NCBI GenBank assembly: GCA_965204375.1
Contig: OZ241986.1
Span: 1,184,001-1,248,000 of the forward strand
Length of the DNA: 64,000 nt
DNA from: Candidatus Latescibacterota bacterium
GTDB taxonomy: Bacteria > Latescibacterota > UBA2968
Direction of reading: 5' to 3'
Shown: positions 1-9,362 of the stretch, piece after piece
Position numbering within the stretch: position 1 is the stretch's first letter
Layout of the letters: every line of letters starts with the position of its first letter
Position numbers and translations under genes: made by a program
Notes under the pieces: generated by a model
The model's input: the letters and a program-made list of their open reading frames with translations, nothing else
Told to the model about the DNA's origin: nothing
The model's database searches: none

Positions 1-298
1 AACGCCTTATAAAGAACCCAAAGGGCTATCGCTGCTCGAAGCTATGGCCAATGGCGTTCCCGTTGTTCAGCCCCGGCACGGTATTTTTCCTGAATGGATT
101 AAAAAAACGGGTGGGGGAATTCTGGTAGAGCCAGATTCTTCAGAGGCTCTGGCGGCAGGGTTGCTGCGGATGATGAACGACAAAGAGGGGCGGGAGGCGA
201 TGGGGCAAAAAGGCAAAGAAGCAGTCCATCAAAATTTTAGCGACGACGATATGGCGGAGGCAACGCTGACGGTATATCGACAGTATGTGACGGATTAA
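1..298 (+). CDS. Glycosyltransferase family 4 (GT-B), C-terminal part; 5' end outside window
   Basis: Frame open from position 2 reads TPYKEPKGLSLLEAMANGVPVV, the GT4 E-x7-E motif. Confidence 0.85.
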   Translation, partial: TPYKEPKGLSLLEAMANGVPVVQPRHGIFPEWIKKTGGGILVEPDSSEALAAGLLRMMNDKEGREAMGQKGKEAVHQNFSDDDMAEATLTVYRQYVTD

Positions 299-319
299 AA
301 ACTTAACACGGGAGGGCAA

Positions 320-811
320 ATGCCGACTTCTTCTTCTGGACTTACGTGGTTGATTTTTGCGTTGATGACTGTGGGCGCGTGGGGTTTGTACGGGATTTTT
401 CTGCACACCGGACAGATCGCTATGGGCGATCCCGAAAATGGACGCTACAAAGCTTTTCTCTTTGTGGGCATTGCCTATCTTTTGACAGCCGTTATTGGAT
501 CCCTCATTGTGCTGGCGGTCAACGGGTCGGACTGGTCATTCCCGACAATGGGGCTGACATGGTCCCTGCTGGCTGGTATTGTGGGAGCCATCGGTGCATT
601 TGGCGTGCTCCTCGCCTTTGGGGCGAAGGGGACACCGCCCGTGGTTATGTCTATTGTTTTTGCTGGCGCGCCTATGGTCAATGCTATCGTCTCGCTCATT
701 ATGCATCCGCCAGCAGGTGGGTGGGGTGGTTTGAACTGGCAATTTGTGCTGGGCATTATACTGGCTGCGCTGGGAGGGTGTCTGGTGACATTATTTAAAC
801 CTTCGTCTTGA
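320..811 (+). CDS. Small multi-pass membrane protein (EamA/DMT-like)
   Basis: 163 aa, about 5 Gly-rich hydrophobic helices, GGAGG RBS upstream. Confidence 0.6.
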   Translation: MPTSSSGLTWLIFALMTVGAWGLYGIFLHTGQIAMGDPENGRYKAFLFVGIAYLLTAVIGSLIVLAVNGSDWSFPTMGLTWSLLAGIVGAIGAFGVLLAFGAKGTPPVVMSIVFAGAPMVNAIVSLIMHPPAGGWGGLNWQFVLGIILAALGGCLVTLFKPSS

Positions 812-1263
812 TGACGGATAGCACTATGCACAGTGAATTTCACACCACACACAGAGTGGCGTTTTCCGATACGGACATGGCCGGGATTGTACACTTTTCC
901 CGGTTTTTTGTGTTTATGGAAGCAGCCGAGCACGCTTTCTTGCGCGCGTTGGGGACGAGTGTTTCAACAGAATGGGATGGAAATAAAATCGGATGGCCGC
1001 GATTGGAAGCGACATGTACATATCTCAGTCCAGCCTTCTTTGAAGATGTGCTGGATATTCATCTGAAGGTGATACGCAAAGGCACAAAATCGCTGACCTA
1101 TCGGTTTGATTTTTTTCGCGGAGAGACAGCTATTGCCAGCGGAGAATTGAGCACGGTATGTTGTATATGCAATCCCGGCGAAAAAATCAGGTCTATACCG
1201 ATTCCAGATTTTATTGCGGATCAGATCGCGGATGAAGCAGATGGCGCAGATAGACGCGGATGA
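808..1263 (+). CDS. Acyl-CoA thioesterase (4-HBT/YbgC hot-dog family)
   Basis: RVAFSDTDMAGIVHFSRFFVFME motif; true start may be the ATG at 826. Confidence 0.85.
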   Translation: MMTDSTMHSEFHTTHRVAFSDTDMAGIVHFSRFFVFMEAAEHAFLRALGTSVSTEWDGNKIGWPRLEATCTYLSPAFFEDVLDIHLKVIRKGTKSLTYRFDFFRGETAIASGELSTVCCICNPGEKIRSIPIPDFIADQIADEADGADRRG

Positions 1264-1268
1264 AGATC
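1222..1268 (+). repeat. Degenerate 9-10 bp (GC)(A/G)GAT periodic repeat overlapping the thioesterase 3' end
   Basis: cagatcgcggatgaagcagatggcgcagatagacgcggatgaagat. Confidence 0.6.
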
Positions 1269-1274
1269 GAGAAT

Positions 1275-1301
1275 GTAGGGGCGCGGCCCCTGTGTCCGCC
1301 C
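1275..1301 (+). repeat. GTAG-type REP-like palindrome
   Basis: GTAGGGGCGcggcccctgtgtcCGCCC: GTAG tetranucleotide followed by an imperfect hairpin, in an intergenic gap. Confidence 0.55.
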
Positions 1302-1321
1302 GAATATTTAAGAGGTTGTAA

Positions 1322-1975
1322 ATGGCACTAAAAGTTGAGCATCTTTCTAAACACTTCGGCGATGTAAATGTTCTACATGATATATCTTTTGAGATGGAGG
1401 CAGGACAATCGCTGAGTGTTATGGGACCTTCGGGTTCGGGAAAGAGTACCTTATTGCATGTGCTGGGTACGCTGGATCGACCATCTGAGGGAAGCCTCGA
1501 AATTGAGGGTCAGGATCCCTTTGCACTGTCTGAAATCGAACTCGCGCGGTTTAGAAATCAGGGTATTGGATTTGTATTTCAAGAGCACCATCTTTTGCCG
1601 CAATACTCGGTTTTGGAAAATGTTTTGATCCCGACGCTGGCATTTAAAAATGGCGATGCGCGAGAACGCGCCCGAGAGATTATTGATCGGGTGGGCTTAT
1701 CGCATCGCATTGAACACCGGCCCGCTGAATTATCTGGCGGCGAGCGACAACGCACAGCTGTTGCTCGTGCCCTCATCAATTCCCCGGCATTGCTCTTGTG
1801 CGACGAACCAACGGGTAGCCTGGATGGGGCGCGGGCAGAGGAAATAGCCGATCTGCTATTTGAATTGCACGAGCGGGAAAATAATATCCTGATCTGCGCG
1901 ACGCACAGCTCGGCACTGGCTCGTCGCTTTGAGCGGCGGTTTGATCTGCGGGAGGGGATGTGCGTCGAAGTCTGA
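1322..1975 (+). CDS. ABC transporter ATP-binding protein, LolD/MacB-like
   Basis: Walker A GPSGSGKS, signature LSGGERQR, Walker B LLLCDEPTG. Confidence 0.93.
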   Translation: MALKVEHLSKHFGDVNVLHDISFEMEAGQSLSVMGPSGSGKSTLLHVLGTLDRPSEGSLEIEGQDPFALSEIELARFRNQGIGFVFQEHHLLPQYSVLENVLIPTLAFKNGDARERAREIIDRVGLSHRIEHRPAELSGGERQRTAVARALINSPALLLCDEPTGSLDGARAEEIADLLFELHERENNILICATHSSALARRFERRFDLREGMCVEV

Positions 1976-4900
1976 TCTATTTCTGGCGAATTAATCTGGC
2001 TGTTATGCTCGGCGTGGCAGTGGCGACGGCTGTTCTGACAGGTGCTTTGATCGTGGGCGATTCCGTGCGCGGCAGCTTGAGAGATTTGTCGTTGAGTCGT
2101 CTGGGCAAAATTGACCACGCTCTGGTATCCGAGCGATTTTTTCGCGCAAGTCTGGAGCGCGATCTCGAGCGTGAACTCGACACTCAGGATGTTGTATCGG
2201 CCATTAGCCTGGGCGGAACAGCTGTTCACGCAAGATCGAATACGCGGGCTTCTCGCGTTCAAATTCAGGGTATTGACAATCGCTTTGCAAATCTGTTTGA
2301 TCAAATACTGCCCGAGTTGACGATCGAGGGAATATTTCCATCGGTTGTCGTCAATGAATCCCTCCAAAAAGAACTCAATGCACAGATTGGCGATGCCATT
2401 CTGCTGTCTTTTGAACAATCAGATGATATTCACCGAGAATCGCTATTTGGACGTGCTGATGATGCGGTTCAAACAATTCGACTGACGCTCGCAGGCGTAC
2501 TTCCCGATAGGGGAATGGGACGCTTTGGCCTTTTCGCCCGCCAGACCGTTCCGCTCAATGCATACCTGTCGCTGCCGGTTTTGCAAAAAGCGTTGGGTCA
2601 AAGAGGCCGCGTGAATACATTGCTGGTGTCGAGTGATCCGGATGCAGACGTTCAGGAAACACTTTCCCGCGTTGTAACACTTGATGATCTCGGTATTGTC
2701 ATCCGCCGAGAGACTGATTATTTCGCTATTGAGAGCACGCAGTTTATTCTCAAATCCCATATTGCGGAAACTATTCAACAAGTATCTGCCGAGTTAAACG
2801 CGCCCCATATGTCCATTCTCACCTATCTGGCGAATACCACACAGGTGGGGGAGAGAGAACTGCCCTATTCCACAATTTCTGCGTTAGATGTTGGGAATCT
2901 GGGGGCTTTTCAGATTGTAGAGGGATCACTACAACTCGGGGAAGACGATATTTTGCTGAATACCTGGGCGGCTGAGGATTTGAACGCACAGGTTGGCGAT
3001 GAAGTGAAAGTTGCCTATTACGAAGTCGCGCCTGGGGAAGAACTCCTTACCCGTTGGGCAATATTTCAGCTCAAAGGCATTGTGGCAATGGCGGGATTGG
3101 GCGCAGATGAAAAGTTGTCTCCCGATTATCCTGGCCTGGGTGATGCAAATAATATGGCTGACTGGGAAGCACCTTTCCCCATAGACCTGAGTCGTGTTCG
3201 CCCCGAGGATGAAGATTATTGGGATACCTATCGCGACGCGCCAAAAGCCTTTGTGTCTGCCACGACTGGACAGCGATTGTGGCAAAGTCGATTTGGCGTA
3301 TTAACCGCCGTACGCATTGGAGCTATTGCGGGAGAGGATATCGAAACAACGGCGAAGCGATTTGAGAATCATTTGCTAAAAAACATTGCGCCCGAATCGG
3401 TTGGTCTGATATTTCAGCCCGTCAAAAAGCAGGGCCTGGCCGCTTCTACGGGGGCGACGGATTTTAGCGGGTTATTTATTGCATTTAGTCAATTCCTGAT
3501 TATTTCTGCAGCACTCCTCGTCGGATTATTATTTCGCCTGAGTGTGGAGCAGCGAGGCAGAGAAGTCGGGATGCGGATGGTGTCGGGATATACGGGAAAA
3601 AAAATCCGCCGCCTCTTTAGCCATGAGGGCTTTGTATTGGCCGGTGTGGGCGGCATCACAGGGTTGATGGGCGGTGTTTTCTATGCCTATTTGATTACGG
3701 TGGGATTGCGTACTTATTGGGTGGGTGCGGTTGGGACGTCTGATCTCGCGCTCCACATTCACGCATCGAGTTTGTTGCTGGGCTATGCCATTTCACTAAT
3801 CGTGATCCTGCTGGCAATCTGGCTCACGCTCCGCCGTTTGGGCACGATTTCTGTTCGCGCATTATTATCGGGTATTACGGAAGTGGTGCGTGCAAAGCCG
3901 CGTACGAAATGGTATGCCCTGGGTAGCCTCATCCTCGCTGCACTCAGTCTGGGGGGCGCAACGGTGGATCCATCAACAGGTACAGGCTTGTTTTTTCTTA
4001 GTGGCGCGCTGTGGATGGTTTCGGGATTGTGCTTTCTCTCGCTCTGGTTTAGACGCGAGCATCGCGCCATAAGAGAGGGTATTATTGGGATGGGGGTGCA
4101 AAATAGCAAGCGGCAGCCCGCGCGAAGTTTGCTTTGTGCTTCACTCATCGGTTGTGCGTGTTTTGTCATTGTTGCAGTAGGCGCGAATAGGCGAACTGAT
4201 TTGACCCAAAATATCGCGCAGGACAAAGCTTCTGGCACGGGTGGCTTTGCCCTCATCGCCGAAGTTGATGTGCCGATTTATCAAGATTTCAATTCAAAAG
4301 AAGGGCAATTTGAACTCGGGTTCTCGCAAGCAGATGCAGAACTTCTGAATCAGGCTCGGTTCATCCCGCTGCGCGTTTTGCCAGGTGAAGATGCGAGTTG
4401 TCTCAATCTTTACAAGCCCGAAAGCCCACGCGTTTTGGGTGTTCCCGAAGCTCTGCGTCAGCGAGGTGGTTTTACATTTCAGCAAATGAGTACCGAAGCG
4501 GAAAATCCCTGGGCTCTATTATCCGAGGATCTGGGCGCGGATGTGATTCCGGCAATTGGAGATTACAATTCGGCTATGTGGATCTTACACAAGCAATTGG
4601 GCGATGATATTGTGTTGCGAAATGAAATAGGGGAGACTGTCAGGCTGAGACTGGTGGGCTTGTTAAAGACGAGTATTTTTCAAAGTGAATTGCTGATTTC
4701 CGAAGACAATTTTTTGCGGCACTTTCCCGACCAGAGTGGGTATGGCACTTTTCTTATTGAAACACAACAACCCGTTCAACTTACCGCGCTTGTGGAAAGC
4801 AGATTAAAAGACGTCGGGTTAGACGCCGTATCTACAACGCAAAAACTCGCGCATTTTCAGGAGGTCGAAAACACGTATCTCTCCACCTTTCAAACACTGG

Positions 4901-5256
4901 GGGGATTGGGCCTGCTGTTGGGCACGCTCGGATTGGGTATTGTTCTATTGAGAAATGTGATTGAAAGGCGCGGTGAATTAGCCGTTTTGCGCGCCTTTGG
5001 ATTTCGCCGCACTGTGCTGTCGCGCATGCTGCTCGCGGAGAATGGGTTTTTAATGTTCGTGGGGCTGGCTATCGGTAGTGTCTCCGCGCTTATTGCAGTA
5101 GCACCCCATGTCATGAACTATGGTGCGTTAATCCCCTGGGGATCGCTGGCTCTCACGCTTGTCGTCATATACGGCGCGGGTCTCATCGCAAGCGCAATAG
5201 CTGTTTTCTTCGCCCTGCGAGCACCACTATTGCCCGCGTTGAAACAGGAGGTGTGA
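1960..5256 (+). CDS. Large FtsX/MacB-type ABC permease
   Basis: 1098 aa with two FtsX-like halves (EQRGREVG; ERRGELAVLRAFGF) and large periplasmic loops; overlaps the ATPase gene. Confidence 0.88.
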   Translation: MRRSLIYFWRINLAVMLGVAVATAVLTGALIVGDSVRGSLRDLSLSRLGKIDHALVSERFFRASLERDLERELDTQDVVSAISLGGTAVHARSNTRASRVQIQGIDNRFANLFDQILPELTIEGIFPSVVVNESLQKELNAQIGDAILLSFEQSDDIHRESLFGRADDAVQTIRLTLAGVLPDRGMGRFGLFARQTVPLNAYLSLPVLQKALGQRGRVNTLLVSSDPDADVQETLSRVVTLDDLGIVIRRETDYFAIESTQFILKSHIAETIQQVSAELNAPHMSILTYLANTTQVGERELPYSTISALDVGNLGAFQIVEGSLQLGEDDILLNTWAAEDLNAQVGDEVKVAYYEVAPGEELLTRWAIFQLKGIVAMAGLGADEKLSPDYPGLGDANNMADWEAPFPIDLSRVRPEDEDYWDTYRDAPKAFVSATTGQRLWQSRFGVLTAVRIGAIAGEDIETTAKRFENHLLKNIAPESVGLIFQPVKKQGLAASTGATDFSGLFIAFSQFLIISAALLVGLLFRLSVEQRGREVGMRMVSGYTGKKIRRLFSHEGFVLAGVGGITGLMGGVFYAYLITVGLRTYWVGAVGTSDLALHIHASSLLLGYAISLIVILLAIWLTLRRLGTISVRALLSGITEVVRAKPRTKWYALGSLILAALSLGGATVDPSTGTGLFFLSGALWMVSGLCFLSLWFRREHRAIREGIIGMGVQNSKRQPARSLLCASLIGCACFVIVAVGANRRTDLTQNIAQDKASGTGGFALIAEVDVPIYQDFNSKEGQFELGFSQADAELLNQARFIPLRVLPGEDASCLNLYKPESPRVLGVPEALRQRGGFTFQQMSTEAENPWALLSEDLGADVIPAIGDYNSAMWILHKQLGDDIVLRNEIGETVRLRLVGLLKTSIFQSELLISEDNFLRHFPDQSGYGTFLIETQQPVQLTALVESRLKDVGLDAVSTTQKLAHFQEVENTYLSTFQTLGGLGLLLGTLGLGIVLLRNVIERRGELAVLRAFGFRRTVLSRMLLAENGFLMFVGLAIGSVSALIAVAPHVMNYGALIPWGSLALTLVVIYGAGLIASAIAVFFALRAPLLPALKQEV

Positions 5257-5262
5257 GGCGCG

Positions 5263-6798
5263 TTAATTTATCTTCTTGAGTGCGAGTTCATAACACGCTG
5301 CTTCTCGATCATTTCGCACGAGGAGATAGGGTGCGGCAAGTGTGGGTGCGTTCCAGGTATGGCTGCTTAGAGCGGGGAAGCGCGCGCGTTCATTGTGTTC
5401 ATCTGGTGAGGCATCGACGAGCACGACATCGCCCGATTCGGTCTGGATGAGCAAGAGGTCATCTACGAGAATGAGTTGCCCGTGCCCGTAGCGCCCTCGC
5501 TTCCATTTGCGTTGCCCATCCGCCAGATCCAAACACACGAGGACGCCGTCGTCCAGTCCGTAAATATATCCGTCTTTATAGACCATATTGGCAAATTTGG
5601 CTTTTAGACGAGGGCTTTTCCATATCCGTTCGGCAGTAAATGCATCCCGACTATTTTTTGCAATTTGAATCAATTCACTACCAATGCCATAACCTGTTGA
5701 TACAAAGATGCTGTCTCCGGGTAGTGGAATGGGTTGGGCAACGTGTTGCGTCATCCCGCCAGTCCAGGGATATTCCCATAGCAATTTACCGGAAATTGGA
5801 TCGTGACCCGCGACTTGCCCTCTGTTAAAAATGAGTATTTGATCCATTCCAGCTATGGAGGCCAAACTGGGCGAACTATGACCCGCTCTTGTACGGCCAG
5901 CTCCCCAAATAACAGCACCGGTTTCTTTGTCATAAGCCATCAGCGATTGCTCGTTTCGTCCGCCCGGACTCACGATCACTTTGTCGTCTAAAATGAGGGG
6001 TGAGCCGCTCATGCCCCATTCTTTAACGCGCGCATCGGTTTCTGTCACGGTATCGCGCGACCAGATTTCTCGACCGGTTTCCAAATCGAGACAGGTGAGA
6101 ATGCCGGTTGCGCCAAAAGAATAGACGCGGTTGCCCGATATGGTTGGCGTGGCTCGCGGACCAATTCCGGCAATCGCGGTTTCATATCGCGCACGCGCGC
6201 TGTGACGCCATTTCTCTTTTCCGGTCAAGAGGTCGTAACAGGCCACGGTTTCGTCTTCGCCTTTTTGCTCTTGAGTTACGGCAGTGCGGCCAACAACGGC
6301 AAAGGCGGAAAAGGCTTCACCGACGGGTACGCGCCAGAGTAATTTGGGGGGATTTTGAGCCCAATCGGATTCCAGTTTTATTCCTTCGAGGATGGCGTTG
6401 CGATGTGGACCCAAAAATTGAGGGTAGTCTATATCGGGACCATCTGAAGGCTGTCCCGCCACGGATATGGATGTAACAGAAGACCAGCGCCACCCTATCT
6501 TGGGAGCCAAATCGCCTGTAAAGCCGCGAATTTGAAATAGTGAAACTATCAGGATAATCAGGAGTATAAGAATACTTAGACCCCGTACGCGAATTTTTCG
6601 ACTCGTTCGGGAAAAAGCAAAGAACCAGAGACAGAGCAAAAGAGAGCCGATTGCGCAGACCAATATTGTCGGCATAACTTGCATCTGGCGGTTGGGCCTT
6701 TCGGGAATCCATATTACCGATAATACAATGAGCATTAACACTCCGATCGCGACCGCGGGCCACCATCGAATGGATTTGGGATAAAGAGGTGCAGGCAT
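5263..6798 (-). CDS. Membrane-anchored PQQ-like (BamB-type) beta-propeller protein
   Basis: Three N-terminal TM helices, then YPQFLGPHRN and repeated 'CLDLETGREIW' blade motifs. Confidence 0.85.
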   Translation of the reverse strand: MPAPLYPKSIRWWPAVAIGVLMLIVLSVIWIPERPNRQMQVMPTILVCAIGSLLLCLWFFAFSRTSRKIRVRGLSILILLIILIVSLFQIRGFTGDLAPKIGWRWSSVTSISVAGQPSDGPDIDYPQFLGPHRNAILEGIKLESDWAQNPPKLLWRVPVGEAFSAFAVVGRTAVTQEQKGEDETVACYDLLTGKEKWRHSARARYETAIAGIGPRATPTISGNRVYSFGATGILTCLDLETGREIWSRDTVTETDARVKEWGMSGSPLILDDKVIVSPGGRNEQSLMAYDKETGAVIWGAGRTRAGHSSPSLASIAGMDQILIFNRGQVAGHDPISGKLLWEYPWTGGMTQHVAQPIPLPGDSIFVSTGYGIGSELIQIAKNSRDAFTAERIWKSPRLKAKFANMVYKDGYIYGLDDGVLVCLDLADGQRKWKRGRYGHGQLILVDDLLLIQTESGDVVLVDASPDEHNERARFPALSSHTWNAPTLAAPYLLVRNDREAACYELALKKIN

Positions 6799-6870
6799 AA
6801 AATTCCTTTTTTAAGTGGTTAGTAGTCGGTTCATCTACCTCTATCCCCAACGTAAACAAAAAAGAAAGGT

Positions 6871-6899
6871 TTGACAACCCTTCATTAAACAGATATTTT
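6871..6899 (+). promoter_or_regulatory. sigma70-type promoter
   Basis: TTGACA-17 bp-TATTTT upstream of the AGGAG RBS and ATG at 6945. Confidence 0.6.
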
Positions 6900-6944
6900 G
6901 ATTCTCTGAATTGCAAAATATCACATCACAGAAAGGAGTTTGAG

Positions 6945-8258
6945 ATGAAGAAATGGCTTTTGATTTTGATGGGGTTCTGTTTGATTCCAATTCTGGTTCA
7001 GGCAAAACACCATGCGGCGAAGGAAACACACAATTGGCCCCATTTGCGGGGACCAAATGCAAACGGACTCGTGGATAAAGGCAATCCTCCCGTGGAATGG
7101 AGCGAAGATACCAATATCCGCTGGAAAGTAAAAATTCCGGGTACGGGTCACGCCACGCCTATTGTATGGGGCGATAAAATTTTTGTTCAGACAGCGGTTA
7201 AGACCGACAAAACCGTAGAAGTTGTCCAGAATGCCAGAAAGCCTTTGCCCACGCATATTTATAATTTTATGTTGATTGCACTGGATCGCAAAAGCGGCGA
7301 TGTGGTGTGGGAAAAGACCGTGCGCGAGGCACTACCCCACGAAGGGACTCATAAAACGGCTAATTATGCTGGCTCATCGGGTGTTACAGACGGCGAGCAT
7401 CTGTACGCATTTTACGGTTCTTGGGGGCTTTACTGTTTTGACTTCGACGGCAATTTGAAATGGGATAAGGACCTGGGCGATATGAGAGTTGCAGGCTCTT
7501 TTGGAGAAGGCTCATCGCCGACTATTCACGGCAATACGCTGATTATCAACTGGGACCACCAGGGCGATTCGTTTATTGTCGCGCTGGATAAACGCACGGG
7601 TGAGGAAATCTGGCGCACGGCGCGACGGGAAAGAACGACTTGGACCACACCGATCGTTGTCGAACACAATGGCACGCAACAGATTATTGTGGGCGCGAGC
7701 AGAAAGACCCGAAGTTACGATCTCAAAACTGGCGATGTCTTGTGGGAATGCGCGGGACTGGGGTCAAATGTCATTCCCACCGCCCTCTATGCCGATGGTA
7801 TCGTCTATGTTACAAGCGGTCATAGAGACCCGGCCATGCTGGCGATTTCACTCGACAAAGCGAAAGGCGATATTACGGGTACTGATGCCGTTCTGTGGAC
7901 TGTTACTGGCAACAAAACCCCTTATGTTTCCTCGCCTCTTCTTTCCGGAAACAATATCTATAGCATGAGAAAAACTACTAATATTTTGTTCTGTTTCAAT
8001 GCCAAAACAGGCGAAACAGTTTTCGGTCCCGAGCGACTCCAGGGCCTGAATCGCATATACTCTCCGCTGGTTGGCACGGGTGACCGCATTTACCTCGCCG
8101 GGCTGGCTGGTACGACATTTGTGATCAAGAACGGCAGCGAATTTGAAGTGCTCGCAAAAAACAAGCTCGACGAGGGCACGGGTGCATCTCCAGTTATCGC
8201 TGGTGACGAGTTGTATTTGCGCGGCAACGAACACCTCTATTGTATTGCGGCAAATTGA
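6945..8258 (+). CDS. Secreted PQQ-like beta-propeller protein
   Basis: Signal peptide, NWPHLRGPNANG, repeated 'ALDKRTGEEIW' blade motifs. Confidence 0.87.
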   Translation: MKKWLLILMGFCLIPILVQAKHHAAKETHNWPHLRGPNANGLVDKGNPPVEWSEDTNIRWKVKIPGTGHATPIVWGDKIFVQTAVKTDKTVEVVQNARKPLPTHIYNFMLIALDRKSGDVVWEKTVREALPHEGTHKTANYAGSSGVTDGEHLYAFYGSWGLYCFDFDGNLKWDKDLGDMRVAGSFGEGSSPTIHGNTLIINWDHQGDSFIVALDKRTGEEIWRTARRERTTWTTPIVVEHNGTQQIIVGASRKTRSYDLKTGDVLWECAGLGSNVIPTALYADGIVYVTSGHRDPAMLAISLDKAKGDITGTDAVLWTVTGNKTPYVSSPLLSGNNIYSMRKTTNILFCFNAKTGETVFGPERLQGLNRIYSPLVGTGDRIYLAGLAGTTFVIKNGSEFEVLAKNKLDEGTGASPVIAGDELYLRGNEHLYCIAAN

Positions 8259-8309
8259 TCGCGGATTAAACGGATGGCGCGGATTTCACGGATTAAATCT
8301 GCGCCATCG
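8259..8309 (+). repeat. Degenerate CGGAT periodic repeat with short inverted arm
   Basis: cgcggattaaacggatggcgcggatttcacggattaaatctgcgccatc. Confidence 0.6.
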
Positions 8310-8398
8310 TTATTTCGGGAGCACAGCGATTGAATCTGGATGCTATCAAAAATTGCAATAGCTGGAGCGTCCGATTTGTAAACTTTGAAAGGATTGGT

Positions 8399-9358
8399 AT
8401 GCAGCGCAACGCATTTCAAGTCGTACTCATCTTCGCGGTAGCCCTATTTATTGGATGTGGCGCGCCTCAGGATCGAGAGGATAAATTTCTCAGCGTGGGC
8501 ACGGCGCCGCCCGGTGGTGCGTTTTTTGTCGTGGGGGGTGCGATTGCCCAGGTTGTCAACGATCACATGCCCTGGGAGGTTTCTGCCGAGGCCACCAAGG
8601 GTACGCAGGAGAATATTCGCCGCCTTTCGAGCGGAGAATTGGATTTTGCACTGGCCAATGCCGCGATTTCCTATTTTGCCGTGCGCGGAGAAGGCGCGTG
8701 GGGAGAGAAACAGAATATCAATGCGGTTATGACATTGGCACCGAATGTCGCGCTTTTTATTGCGCCACAAAGCGCGGGTGTCAATGGCTTGGGCGATCTC
8801 AAGGGCAAGCGCGTTGTCGTTGGGCCAGCGGGTGCGGGATTTGAGTATTTCTTAAGACCCATCCTGAATGCGCACGGGGTCACTTATGACGATTTTAAAC
8901 CGCTTCACAATACGCAGGCGGGAACGGTTGACATGCTCGCCGACGGATCGGCTGCGGCGGCTTTTTTAGGGGGTGCAGTGCCCACGGCTTCAATCACTCA
9001 GGCCAGTGCGTCTCAGGATATTTATTTTATTCCCTACGATGAATCGGCCAAACAAAGTCTTTTTGAGACTTATCCTTTCTTTTTTGCCGCAACGATTCCC
9101 GCCAATACGTACCGGGGACAAGCAGAAGATTTCGCCGGGATGAATGTCGGTTCTATGCATCTCATCACGCGGGCGAGTTTGAGCGAGGATACGGTTTACA
9201 ATTTTACCAAAACGCTCTATGAACGCCGTGAGGAAGTCGTAAAAAAACACCCGGCAGGCAGGGCGATAAATCCCAAAAATATCGTTCGAGATACGGGTAC
9301 GCCGTTTCATCCGGGTGCGATAAAATATTTCAAAGAAATTGGTATCTGGGGCGAATAG
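8399..9358 (+). CDS. TAXI-family TRAP transporter solute-binding lipoprotein
   Basis: Lipobox FIGC, GTAPPGGAF, ATKGTQENI, PFHPGAIKYFKE; ATG at 8399 preferred over the TTG at 8330. Confidence 0.9.
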   Translation: MQRNAFQVVLIFAVALFIGCGAPQDREDKFLSVGTAPPGGAFFVVGGAIAQVVNDHMPWEVSAEATKGTQENIRRLSSGELDFALANAAISYFAVRGEGAWGEKQNINAVMTLAPNVALFIAPQSAGVNGLGDLKGKRVVVGPAGAGFEYFLRPILNAHGVTYDDFKPLHNTQAGTVDMLADGSAAAAFLGGAVPTASITQASASQDIYFIPYDESAKQSLFETYPFFFAATIPANTYRGQAEDFAGMNVGSMHLITRASLSEDTVYNFTKTLYERREEVVKKHPAGRAINPKNIVRDTGTPFHPGAIKYFKEIGIWGE

Positions 9359-9362
9359 ACGC

